A DNA stretch of 64,000 nucleotides from Lama guanicoe (taxonomy: Eukaryota): contig MU053487.1 in NCBI GenBank assembly GCA_013239625.1, forward strand, positions 3,369,058 to 3,433,057. The letters run 5' to 3'. The notes under the pieces were generated by a model, which worked only from the letters and a program-made list of their open reading frames with translations, was not told the origin of the DNA and ran no database searches. A program made the translations under genes and the position numbers. Numbering within the stretch: position 1 is the first letter of the stretch; each line of letters begins with the position of its first letter. Positions 23,547 to 38,106 of the stretch are shown here, in pieces.

Positions 23547-23724
23547 GAGGGAGGGTATAGCTCAGTGGTAGAATGCGTGTTTAGCATGCATGAGGTCCTG
23601 GGTTCAATCCCCAGTACCTCCATTAAACAAATAAATAAACAAATAAATCAACCTAATTACCTCCCCACCCACACCCCTCCCAAAAAAAGAAAGGTGTATC
23701 TGGGGAGTTGACTTAAAAGTAAAA
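23547..23724 (+). mobile_element. tRNA-Ala-derived SINE with extended 3' end
   Basis: Intact A box (TAGCTCAGTGG) and B box (GGTTCAATCC); TSD TAAAAT(A/G)TACAATT at 23532-23545 and 23725-23738. Confidence 0.9.
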
Positions 23725-24147
23725 TAAAATGTACAATTCAGTGGCTTTTAATATATTCACAGAACTGTGTAACCATTACTGCTCTGATTTTAGAACCTTT
23801 TCATCACCTCAAAAAGAAGCCACGTATCCAATAGCAGTCACTCCATATTCCCCCTCCCCCAGCCCTGGCAACCAAAATCTGCTCTATAGATTTGCCTATT
23901 CTGGGCATTTCATATATGTGTAATATGTGGTGTAATAGGTTTTGGTAAGTTTCTTTTATTTAGTGTCGTGTTTCAAAATTCATCCACGTTGTATGTATCA
24001 GTACTTCATTCCTTTTTATAAATAAGCTCCGTAATACTCCATTGTGTGGATAATACTGCATTTCGTTTCTCCCTTCATCAGTTGTTGTATACTTGGATTG
24101 TTCTGCTTCGTGGCTATTATGAATAATCTTGCCATGAACAGACATGT

Positions 24148-24472
24148 TTGTTACAGACTGGACTGTGTCCACCCACCCCCCACCCCAAATCGCATGTCGA
24201 AGCCCTGACCCCCAGTGTGACTGTACTTGGAGATGGGGCCTTTGGGAGGTCATCATAGAGGTGGGGCCTTCATCCAACAGGACTGGTGTCCTCAGGCGCA
24301 GAGGAAGAGACACCAGATCTCACTCCCTGTGTGCACACCGAGGTCATGGTGGGGAGGCAGCCAGGAAGAGAGCTCTCACCAGAATTTTCCAGCACCTTGA
24401 CCATGGACTTCCAGCCTCCAGAAACGTGAGGAAATAAATGCCTGTTGTTCAAGCTACCCAGCAGACTAATAC
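24148..24472. mobile_element. MaLR (MLT1A/MST-like) solo LTR
   Basis: TGTTACAGACTG...GGAGATGGGGCCTTTGGGAGGT...GACTTCCAGCCTCCAGAAAC...CAGACTAATACA. Confidence 0.8.
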
Positions 24473-26321
24473 AGTGTACACATTTTTGTACGGATGTGTT
24501 TTCATTTCTATTCGGTATATACCCAGGAGTGGAATTGCTGAGTCACATGGTAACTCCAGGTTCAACATTTGATAGTTCTTTTTCCAAAAGAGCGCTTCCA
24601 TTTTACGCTCCCACCAGTGGTATGTGAGGGTGCAGGTTTCTCCATGTCCTAGCCAACATTTTTTTTTTTTAACTATCTTTTGATTATAGATTGTAGCTAT
24701 CTTAGTGGGTGTGACATTGCATCTCACTGTGGGTTTTTTTTGTTGTTTGTTTGTTTTCAGTGTGGTTTTGATTTGTATCTTTCTCAGATTAAGGAAGTTG
24801 ACTATGTTTGGCCAGTTGTATAACCTCTTTGGAAAAATATCTATTCAGGTCTTTTGCCCATTTTTAAACTGTATTTTCTTTTTATTATTGAGCTGTATAA
24901 GTTCTTTATATATTCTAGACACAAGCCTCTCATCAGATATATTTCAAAATTTTTCCTTTTTTTAATCACCTTTATTGTGGTGTGGTTCCTGTACAGTAAA
25001 CTGCACATTTCAAATACACAATTTGATGAATTTTGATAGCTGTCTACACCAATGAAACCACTACCACGATCAAGATAGCTAATCTTTCTGTCACTTCCCA
25101 AGAGGTGCAAATTTTGAACTCTCAGTTTATCCCTTCTCAGCCCCTTGACCCACTGGTAACCATAGGTTTTTTTCTCTGTATCTGTGAGTCTGTTTCTGGC
25201 TTGTAGGTAAGTTCATTTGTGTCCTTTTTTTTAGATTCCACATCTAAGTGATTCAAAATTTTCCTCCCTTTCTGTGAGTTGTCTTTTCACTTTCTTGGAT
25301 GTCCTTTAAGGTAAAAGTTTTTAATTTTGATAAGGTCTAATTAATCTTTTTTTTTCCTTCTGTTGCTTGTACTTTTGGTACAGTATTTATTAGGTTTTGG
25401 TGTTCATTTAATATTTACTTCATAAAAAGAATCATAAAATTTTGCTTCCCTGAGGCACTCTGGAACAATTTAAATAGTATTTGAAACATTTGTTCTCTAA
25501 AGGTTCGGTAGACTTTTTCTGTGAAACCGTTTGGACCTGGCGCTTTCAGGGCTATGGGGTAGCTCTAATCTTCTTTCTTAGCAGCAATTGTCAGTTTTCA
25601 GTTGTTAAACAGCTGGTGGGATGTTTGGTTACAATTTTCAACTGTTTTGCATTTTTTTCCAGTGAGTTTTACCGTCTATAGGACAGCTTGCTGCTCTTTT
25701 TTACCTTTTTCGTGATGGTATTTTTTTTTTAATCAGCATGATTGAGTATAATTTAAGCACACAAAGAGGCGTCTGTTAGAAACACACAATTGAGTTGACT
25801 GCATTTTGCCAGAGGCAGACCTATACCTGTGAAGCTACCACCGCGGTCGAGAGACGGACTGTTTACACCATCCCCTACAGAAAATTCTTGTTTCTCTTTA
25901 CAGTCTGTTCCTTCCTCCCCGCTGGACTGGGGACACCGCTGATCTGCTTCTGCAGATCAGAGAAGTGGATTTACATTTTCTAGCATGTTATACAAATGGA
26001 TCGTGTAATATGAACTCTTTTGTGCCTGGCTTCCTTCTCTCAGCACCATCATCTGAGAGTCCCGACTCATGTTGGTGTGCGCATCAATAGTTAGGTTTTT
26101 TTTCTTTTACTGCTCTGTGGTACTCTGTGACACCTGTGTGCTTCAAGTTAACTGTTCACTGACTTAGGGACACCTAAGTTGTCTGCAGCTTTTTGTTATT
26201 ACAAAAAAGGCTGCCATGATCATTTGTGTACACGTCTTTCCATGGACTTACAACTTCATTTCTCTTGGCTAGGTATTTAGGAATAGGACGGCTGGATCAT
26301 GTGGTTATCTAACAGTGTCTT

Positions 26322-26624
26322 TTTTTTAATAACACTTTTTATTGATTTATAATAATTTTACAATGTGTCAAATTCCAGTGTAGAGCCCAATTTTTCAATG
26401 ATACATGTACATATATATATTTTTTGTCACATTTTTTCCTCTGTGAGCTACCATAAGATCTTGTACATATTTCCCTGTGCTATATACAGTATAATCTTGT
26501 TTAATAGTGTCTTTTTTTAAAAAGTAATTTCTACTTATTTATCTATTAAATGGAGGTACTGGGGATGGAACCCAGGACCTTGTGCATGCTACGCATGTGC
26601 TTTACCACTGAGCTATACCCACCT
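26322..26624 (-). mobile_element. Short L1 3' end (26322-26501) abutting a tRNA-Ala SINE (26512-26624)
   Basis: TAA(C/T)AGTGTCTTTTTTT duplicated at 26310 and 26502; reverse-complement SINE head. Confidence 0.8.
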
Positions 26625-26955
26625 CTGATAATGCCTTGATATGGAGTCTGAGCCTGTTCTTTTTAAATTCATAGTTGAAAGGATTCGATTTTATCAAAGC
26701 AGCTCTTTGCACGAGCGTCTTGTGGGGGTGAAGAGAGCCAGGGTTCCGGGCAATCCAGGGATTCCCTGGTCTGATAACCAAGAGCTTTTCCCACAGATGC
26801 AGCCCTCCGTGTGCCCCACGCCCTCTACCTCTCCAAACTCAGTGCACTGGGGAGGGCTTCTCATCCAGCCTGAAACTTTCTATCCCTTTATGGCCACTGC
26901 ACTAAGTGACACTGTGCCTGCCTTGCAGGGCGAACCCCTTATACTGAGAAGGCTT

Positions 26956-27100
26956 TTTTTTCATTTTAATTGATTAGTTTTTATTTTGGTGGGGGGTAAC
27001 GAGGTTTATTAATTTATTTATTTTAGTGGAGGTACCGGGGGTTGAACCCTGGACCTTGTGCGTGCTAAGCACATGCTCTACCACTGAGCCATTACCTCCC
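26956..27100 (-). mobile_element. tRNA-Ala-derived SINE
   Basis: Reverse-complement head; TSD AGAAGGCTT at 26947 and 27103. Confidence 0.85.
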
Positions 27101-27235
27101 ATAGAAGGCTTGCTTTTGCTGGTGCTTTCTGAGCCGTTTCCGTGCCTTCTCTTTCCTTCTTGCCCAGCATCTTGCCTGTTCTGTGTCGAGCTCAAGCCTG
27201 GAGGAGCGGGTGCTCATCCTGTGGGCGGTGTCTAG

Positions 27236-27421
<186 letters not shown>

Positions 27422-28935
27422 TAGGAAGCCCAAAGGTGGCAGGCAGCTCATGAGAGCGTCCGTTAAGACCAGGTCCTCATGAGGAAATGAAGTCTGCATG
27501 GTCCTAGGGCCAGACAGCCTCAGCTGGTGTCAGTGCTCCTGAGCTGAGAGGACTCACAAAGGGCTTCCGGGGTCTGAAGCCAGAGCAGCTGGAAGTTCCT
27601 GCCAGGAACCACCTTTAAAATGCTGTAGAGCAAACCTTTCCCCAAAACTCTGCATTCAGGCCTTGTGGCCACTCTTGTACCCTGAGATCCGAACATGGCC
27701 TTTGGGCTCTTAGTGCTCAGTCCCAGACCCTTCAATTTCAAGGGCAGGGCCTTCAGGATGGTGGCTTGTGACCTGCCCCGTCAGGCCCAGATCGATCCCA
27801 AGCCAAGCCTGCTGCTCAGAACCAATGAGAAAGGAAGATGCCTGTTGCCAGATCTGGGTGATCCAGGGGGCCCCAGGACCAGGGTGTGGACAGCACAGAC
27901 AGACGAGGGCCCCTCATTTGCCGCAGGGGACCTGAGACCCTGAAACTCGAGGCCAGCAAAGGCAGCACTTAATGTGTCTGCCCAAAGCCTTTTCAGTCCT
28001 CCAGGACTTACCCAACTAATTCGCCGTGCTAAATTCTTTCTGTTAAGAGAACAAGGTTGGTATCTTTTTTATCAGCCTGACTCTGACTCATACCGGAGGA
28101 TTAGGGTAAAGGATGAATTTTCACCAGACAGGCTGGGCAGGGGGTGGAGAGGCAGGCTAGGGGCTCAGACCAGGGTGATTTCTGATCCTGAGCAGCCCCT
28201 CAGGACTGGACCTGTTCTAGCTTGGCCATTCTGGACTCCAGCTTTCCCACTCCTTGCTGGAGACTTGGCAGCAGGGCCAAGCTGGCAGCCACAGCCAGGG
28301 CACCCTCCCAGCAAAGGATGGAGGTGGCAGGGTCAGGCCAAAGCTCCAGTGGCTTCTCTACCCTAAAGAAAACACAGACTGGGGTGAATGTCTAATTCCT
28401 GGGGAAGTGTCAAGCTCTGCTGGGTGGCACCATCCATCCCATCCCTGGGGTCTTGCCAGAAAGGTAGTTCCAACTGGATGGTGGAGGGTGGAATAGGGAG
28501 TTTGAGACAGATGGCCACCATCTCTCCCTGCTCCCTCCAACCTCGCACTCCTGGACGCAGGGGTCTGGGCCTGGAGGCCTGTTCTGCTGGGAGCCACTAC
28601 TGAGCTCCTTGCTTCTCCGTTGCGGTGAAGTCACATCACTAATATGGTGGGTTGAAAATGCAAATGAAAGAAATCAAAATTTGAGCCACCTTGTTTTTGC
28701 ACTTCATGAGTGCTTGGAAGTCACCAACTGGAGAAGCAGAAGACTGGTGATTTCTGATTCCATTCATATGTTTTAAATATTTAAAATATCTTGAGCAGAG
28801 CTCACTTTTATCTGATTGATGCCTACTCATTTAACTGATGTTTCTGGTGCTTCCAAATCGCAAGTCATCCATTCCTTCTTTATCTCCACTGTCAGGGCAA
28901 GCACTTATAGTCCAATATCAGTGCTGGTGTGTTAG

Positions 28936-29094
<159 letters not shown>

Positions 29095-31113
29095 TGAGTG
29101 CCGGTGTGGCAGCTCCCCTCGAGGGAAGGTGCTCGTTCTTGAGAGCCACTGTGCACATTTTGTTGTGGTGAAAATCTCTATAGCTGTTTCTCCTTAGAGG
29201 GCGTATAGTTTGCCTCCTTGCAAAAGGATCTGAGACACTTCTTACGACTAAGCGTTATGCAAATTAGGGCCCTGGGTGAGGAAGAAGTGGATGGAGGTCC
29301 TCTAAAGGGATGGAGGAAGCATTTGACATGAATTTATTATGACCGTTTGGGGACACAAAATTGCTTTTTCTGATTCTTAGAAGTAAAAGCAACGTCAGAA
29401 ATCATACTAATAACGATAGCAGTTTTAATAGTAGAGATATGAGTCATAATTACAAAGAACAGGGAACACTTTGTGTATGCTGGGGGCGGTACTGAGCACT
29501 TTGCATACACTAACTTCATCCTCATAATGATGTTACCTGGTGGAATCGTGCAGTGTTCGCGCAGGGGCTCTGAGTTTGACCCCTGGCTCTGCCATTTACA
29601 AACAGTGACCTAGGGCACATTGTCCAGCTTTCTGGTGCCTCTGTCCTCATCTGCCATAGGGTCATTGGGAGTGTTAAATACAGAAGACAGTCCCTAAAAG
29701 CTTGATTTAAGCTTTAGCTACTGCTTTTATTATCATTGCCATTTACATAGAGAAATTGAGGCACCAAGAGGTGACGTCACTTTCCAGAGGTCACACAGCT
29801 ATTGGGGGTGGTGGTCAGGATCCTTGTGCTCTGAATCACTTTGCTCCACGCTGGATTAGCATGTCTTCACATCCTTGTGAGAGACTGCTTACTGACTTTT
29901 CTGAAGATGCCTCTTCTGCCCCCTGACCTAGCAGGACAGAGTCCCTGGTGGTCTTGTCCAGATCTCTCCCCTGAACGCCAGGCCTGGACACCCTCTCCCT
30001 CTGAGGCGTCCCTCTGCCCCCCTGGCCGGGTGTCCTGGGAACACCCCACGCTTACCATGTTCCAGACTGAACGCTCCATCTTTCCCCAGACGTCCTCCTC
30101 CTCTGGTTCCCTTTCTCAGAGAATTCACCTGTCCACCCAGCGCCACAACCCAGACTCCTCCGTCTTCCCAGCCCCATATCCAAGTGGTCCCCTCGTCCCG
30201 TTGATTTGTGCATGACTCTTGAGTCTACCACTTCTTTTCCAGCTCCGCCTCTGTTGCCCCAGGCCTAGTACCCATCATTTTCCTCTGGGCCTCTGCTTTG
30301 GCCTCCCTGCCTCCCTCCTACCCTCTCCCTGACTCCCACAAGCCCTTTCCTGCCCTTAGCCCTGGCCATGTCCTCCCCTGCCAACCCAGAGTTCTCACCA
30401 CCCCAAGATAAACCCCAGCTTCCTGAGCACAGATGTCAAGGCTGAGGCTGCCCCGTTCCCCTCCCATCCCCCCACCTCCTGCCCCAGCCTCAGGCCCGGG
30501 GTTGAGAGTGCCACCCTTCCCTGCAGCTGCCAGCCTCTCTCCCCATGGTTACTCTCTGCGAACCCACACTCAACTCAGGGGCCCTTTCCTGATGATCATG
30601 ACCACTTCTACCCACCTGCACCCCTAGCTGGTTAGACGCCCCTCCTCTGTGTTCCCATGGCCCTGTCGCTGCACTTAACAGGGCTTTATAATTGTCCATT
30701 TGTGTCCTTTTCCCTAACTCAACTTGAGTATCCTGCAAAATAAGGATAATATTCGTGTGTCCCATGCTAGGCGTAATCAATCAACGTTTGTTGAATGAGT
30801 GATTGGGTAAGTGAATGAATGAGTGAATTTCAGGTAATAGTGTGAGCAGTATATTTTTTACAATTTTACAAAAATACAATTTTACAAAAGCACCAAAATT
30901 CAGACCAATTATTCTTTCCTGGATCCTTCCTGCAAGGTTTGAGGTGAGCAGGCAGACTTTCCTGTATTATAGAGATGAAAACCGAGTCTCATAAAGGCGA
31001 TGAGCTCTGTGACTTAGGACTGGTGGGGGCAGGCTTGGAGCCCAGTTCTTGGGTGTGTGGTTTGGGGTCTTCCTGGGTCTCGAGGAGGCTGACACAGGTG
31101 TGTGGCCGCATGA

Positions 31114-31677
<564 letters not shown>

Positions 31678-31876
31678 TAACGTACGGAGTTTGGTACCAG
31701 AGTTTTGTTAAAAGTGCTTGTTGAATTCAGTTTTAAAATTTTTGGTAAGTATATAGATGTCTGTCTATATATAGATGTTTGGGGTGTTCCCGGGACACCC
31801 GGCCAAGGGAGCAGCTCAGGCGCCAGAACATTCAACCTTGAGCTTTCTGGGGAGAGACCCTGCTGGGGCAGCCTGA

Positions 31877-32221
<345 letters not shown>

Positions 32222-32934
32222 TGACTCTGAGCCCTTCTCCCTGGGTGTCTGGGAGGACACAGCCCCTGGGGGGATCCCGCGAGGCCATGTGAGTGTGGCC
32301 CCATGGAGCCAGGACTGGGCACTCTGGTCCCTGGTTCTGAGCAAGGCCAACTGTTGCCCATCAAGCAAGGGCAGGCCCTCTCTCACTGTTCCCAGGTCAG
32401 AGCTGAGGGGTGAACTCAGCTGGGATGTGTGTGGGGGTGATGACGGCACCTCGGTTTCATCCTCTCTAACCTGGAGGTAAAAATAACACTTACATTTTGG
32501 GCAGTTTTGAAGCTGAAAGGAATCAGGGCACCTAAGATGCTCAGTGCAGCTCCTGGAAAAGTGAAAAAATAAGAATGCCTCTTTCCTGGCTTCAGCCACA
32601 GTCCCACCCCATCCCACAGGGTGGCTGCTGTTGGCCCAGTTGGGGTCACGTGGCCCTCCCTGGAGTGGAGGTCCAAGCCTCTACCTGGGCCACCCAAAGT
32701 AGGAAGAATGTGGGTGGGGAAATACACAAGTCCCCTACCCGGGTGCCCTTGGTCAGAGCAGACACCGTGCTGTGTGAGGAGTGAGGCTTTTATTACTAAG
32801 GGTGTTCAGCAGATACCGAGCATTTCCAGACTTGAGGCCTTTTTAAGCTTTCATTATACTGACTAATATTCAGAGCATGCTACACCAACCTCACTTTGTA
32901 GAGTTGATCATTCATCCAGGATTTGTGTTTTTGA

Positions 32935-33027
<93 letters not shown>

Positions 33028-34220
33028 TAAATGTTCCTCTTTGATTCAAAGTCACAGTTGGATTCCTTTTGTAATACTTAGCCTTCAGCATAAATACATC
33101 TCCTGTGCATTGGCTGAAAATATTGATTAGCATTCAAAACGATACATTGGGTTTGCTTTTTTCTTATTGTCAGGCTTTTTCCAAAGAGGAGGGAAAGAAT
33201 GGAGCTGTGGGAAAGGGAAGTCAGGGGCTCTCCTGACCAGAAGGGTGGAGGTCAGGTCGTGATGGGAGCAAGGGGACCAACTGAGTAGGAGGTCTGGGTG
33301 CCTGGTAGGCTCTGTCCACTCAGTTTCCTGTGGTTGATGCATGATGGCTACCGGGCCCTTGGCTGGTGTGGGGTCAGGGTTTCCTTAGGAAATTTGTAAA
33401 GCTGGACCAATGTGTCTCCAGCTGTGACCCTTCAACCACAGTCTGCATGGCAGGAACCCAGGTTCATTCCTTGATCCACAGTTGCTGAAAGCCAGCACAC
33501 GGTGTCCCCTGAGAAGCAGCTCAACATCCCGGCTCGTGACTGTCATCTCTGAGTAACTAGACAATGATCAGCTTGTCTTAAACCAGAGTGCTTTTTTAAA
33601 GTTAACCTGCAGTTTATTATTTAATGATTCAAGTTTCCAGATTGCTCTGCGACTTGAGCCGTTAATGTTGGTTTTGGGTGGAAGGAGTGATAAAAATTCT
33701 CCAAGTTCTGTGTGTGGAACAAAGGTGGCCCAGCTGGGGACAGGAGGGATGGCATTCCCTCCACTGGTCCAAGGGCCCGTGATTCCCCTGTGGAAGCACA
33801 GACCCTCAGACTGACGTTGGAAACCCCTTGTCAGTTCCTCCTGCTCACATTTGGGGTCTGTGGCTTCCAAGGGACCAGCTTTCACTCTACTTATTCTGAG
33901 CCCTCAAGACTGTCTCTGTTGGTTCTGAGGCCTGTGACCATGCATCCCACTTCCCTTGTGACTAGATATAAAGACCACGGAAATGGAGGAAGGAAGTCAG
34001 GGCACCACACTCCCCGGCATGTGGATTCTGGGAGGAAAACCAGCTTTCTTAAGCATTGCCTTTCCATAAGGTTTTATGGCCCATCAGAAACTGCAGAGCG
34101 AGGTACTCTCCCAAGGAGTCAGTTCTTGGTATTCCAGCCACTCAGGATGCTCTTATCTGGGCTCCTCTCTTTCTACCATCACTGGGATATCTTGCTCAAA
34201 GTTCCCACTTCCCTCACTGA

Positions 34221-34439
<219 letters not shown>

Positions 34440-34503
34440 TGAGCTTCAGCCACCCCAGTGGGCGCTGGTCTTCCAGCTCTATCATCTGTTGCCCAGAAGG
34501 GAG

Positions 34504-34928
34504 TGTATCAGTTATCTTTTGCGGTGTAACAAGTGACCCCAGCGCTTAGCAGCCGAGGACCATAAATGTTTATAATCTCACAGTTTCTGAAGGTCAGGAA
34601 TCTGGAAGCGGCTTAGCTAGATGGTCTGGTTCAGGCTCTCATGAGGTGGCAGTCAGGCTGGCAACCAGCACTGCATGGTCATCTAAATCCTTGACTGGGG
34701 CTGGAGGATCCACGTGGGGCCCCCCATATGACAGCGGGACTCCCCCAAGCAAGGGATGAGCAGAAGCTGCAAAGTCTTCTACACCCTAATCTTGGGAGGG
34801 GCATACCTTACTTCTGCCCTGTTCCTGGTCACAGAGACCGAAGGGTACAGGGAGAGGGGACCACACAAGGTGCGACCACCAGGACTCGGGGATGAGCCGG
34901 GGCCATCTTGGAGCCCAGCTCTCACAGG
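34504..34928. mobile_element. MLT1-type MaLR LTR
   Basis: TGTATCAGTTA...TCTCACAGTTTCTG.AGGTCAGGAATCTGG.AGCGGCTTAGCT hallmarks. Confidence 0.75.
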
Positions 34929-35956
34929 GAGTCATTTATTGATGCTTTTGTTCACTTTTGGGGACTGCATAAGAGTGGTGAGCTTCTGGAGTCAAAACCC
35001 TGACAAGAAGAAATGCAGATAATGCCAGTGCAGAAGGAGAGCCGGTAGGAGGTTGCAGAAGGAGCTCTTGGCTGAGGCCAGACTGAAAGGATGACCAAGG
35101 AGGGAGGAGAGTGTGGAGCAAAAGCCCTGGCCTGGGAGGGCACCTTCGGGAGAGCCTTGAAATGTTTGGGTGCGGTCGTGTGCCAGACATTGTCCTAGTT
35201 TTCAGGGAGAGAAAGTAAGGTGACTAAGGAATGGTCCCCAAGCTTCGCTCCCAGCCCTCCAGCACAGAACCCAGCTCCTGGGAGCTCAGACCGTCAGAAC
35301 CCTAAGCCTGTGTCCCGCTGTGTTCTCCGCACTCCCCTGGGCTGTGAAGCACTTGCTGCTGGGGAAAGTCACGCCACTGCTCCAGACATTCCTGAGCTCA
35401 CCCGCAAGTGGGCCTCCACCCTGTCCCCTCCCTGTCCCCTCCCAAGTTCCTCCTAATTGTCCAGCTGTCTGGCTGTCTCACGTGGACGAATGACCCCAGC
35501 AGTGTGCGGCCCCCAGTCTGCCTCCACCTGGGCTCTGGATTCTCCCCCTTCAAAGCCTGGGGAGAAGTAGATCTTTTTAGGGAAAACTTAGCTGATCTTA
35601 GCGATGAGCGTTTGGACGTTTAGAGGCATCTGAGAGCTTTCCAGGAAAAGTAAGACGCGATATTGGGAAATCCCTGAGGGCTGACCCATGTAGCACCAGG
35701 GCTGCCTCTGAGCAGACACCTTGAACCCCAGGGGACACGCAGAGTCCTCGTCGACGTTGCTGGGAGCTCCCTTCCCCCGGCCGGGTCTCAGAGCAGCAGG
35801 TTTCGAGGGTAACTGTGGGATTTGAGCCTCTAAGGAACATCTGGAGGAGGTAAGGCCATGTTTTCTCAAGGGCCCTGCTGGTCCTCTGGTTCTCTGGTTC
35901 CAGAGGGACCCAGGGACACTGTGTACATTTCCATCGGGAAGGAACTCCAGGTATGA

Positions 35957-36271
<315 letters not shown>

Positions 36272-37203
36272 TAACACACGGGCATACACACAGGGGACTT
36301 TTAGTCTAGTATAAGACAAGTGTTTGGCGTAAGTGAAATGTCTGGATAAGGGCCGTGCACTCAGGTACTCAGCTGTGTGTATAGATTCCTGCCTCGTGGT
36401 GATGGGGTGGGGAGGTGGACTTAGGAAAATTGCACTAAAGATTTATTAGAATAGGAAAAAACAATCGAAGGTATAAGTTCTGGGTGATTGCACACCTTAG
36501 GGAAAAATACACAGAATGTTGAAATCCTGGGGCTAGAGACCACCACTGAAGCTTGAAGCAGGCAGTAGATGGCTTATTCTGATGTGAATCCAAAATTCTG
36601 CTGGACGGAGCAAGGTTTTCTTCCTAGACAACAAGAAATTCCATTATTTGTTTTAAACTTTGGAACTGAGAGAAAGGGAAAGGGGAAGAAAAGCTTTCTT
36701 TTCATAACCATGCTTTCTAAAAACTGTAGGTCTGTACGGAAGGTGTCCCTGCCCTCTGATCCCACAGCCCCTCTTGGAGGGACCCTGAGAGCTGTAGTTC
36801 CTGGCAGTCTCCCCCTCACAGTGCCTTTTCTTGGTTTATTTTCTTTAGAGCATTGACCTCTGCACGTGCGTGTCTGATTACTTTTAATCTGGTTGCTGGG
36901 CGTGTGTGTAAGGCGTTATCTACTTCCATGAGTTTGTTTAATGGTTTCCTCCATTTATTTAGAAAGAAAAAAAACCAAAGAAAGCTAGATCCAGAAATTT
37001 GGAACATACAGTGCTAGTCCATATTAGAGGCTGGTTTGTTCTAGTTGCTTTGAATCTGGAGGCAGTGGGATGACCTCACGTTCATGGTTCCAGCCCTGTG
37101 CTGGGCTCCTGGCGGTTTGTGAACAGGAGGGATGTCCCTGGGTTGCAACACGTGTGATGTGACTCGAGGCTTCATCCAGGCCTGTAACCTTGCTGTGGCC
37201 TGA

Positions 37204-37398
<195 letters not shown>

Positions 37399-37885
37399 TG
37401 ATCCTTGCTTAGACATTGGAGAATGCCAGTCGCCCTCTTGGTGAAGCCTGCTGAGGCAGGCCCTGCCTCGCTGGCCGCCTGCCCCACTGCTGGCCAGAAC
37501 TCTGACTTCCTGTGCCTGCCCCACCTTGGCCCCGACTCTGCCCCCGGAGCCTTGGAGGGCTGCCCCCATCAGATGAAACTGATCAGTGATTGAGGCAGAC
37601 AGGCGTGGACACCCCTCCCTGACCTGCCTTTTCTGTTCCAAGCTAAAAAATCTCAGTTCCTCCAGCCCTTCCTCTAGGACCCAATTTTCAGGCTTTGCCC
37701 CATCATTTGACCTGTAGGTATGACTTATTCCCCATCCAAACACATTGTCTCCTCTTCCTCCCCCTCTTCTCCTCTGGCGGTTCCTGAGATCCCTCCTGGA
37801 GGGGCTGTCGGGTCTCAAAAGAAAAGGCCAGTGGCCACTCCGAGTACCACTAGACTTCACCCACCTCTGCAGCCCTTTTCCCAAT

Positions 37886-38106
37886 CAGGGTTGCAGGATA
37901 GAGTGAAAACAAATATTGGTCAGCCAGTTAAACATGAATTCAGAAGAATGACAAATGATTATGCAGTGTAAATATGTCCCAGGCAGTATTTGAATTTCCG
38001 ACAACAGCAAATGATTTTTCAGTGTAAGTGTGTCCCAGATACTGCTTCTCTGAAACTCAAATTTGACTTCTGAGCGGCCTCTATTTCATCTGACATTTCA
38101 ACCCTA
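37886..38106. mobile_element. MER53-like hAT MITE
   Basis: CAGGGTTG...CAACCCTA termini; CCAGTTAAA.ATGAATTCAG and TCTGAAACTCAAATTTGAC arms. Confidence 0.65.

Larger units (their letters stand above)
20460..26310 (-). mobile_element. Cluster of old antisense L1 (L1M-type) fragments with nested younger elements in XYLB intron 2
   Basis: T-rich L1 motifs; decayed ORF2 C-terminus ELPCDSAIPLLGIY in ORF 24449-24727. Confidence 0.7.
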
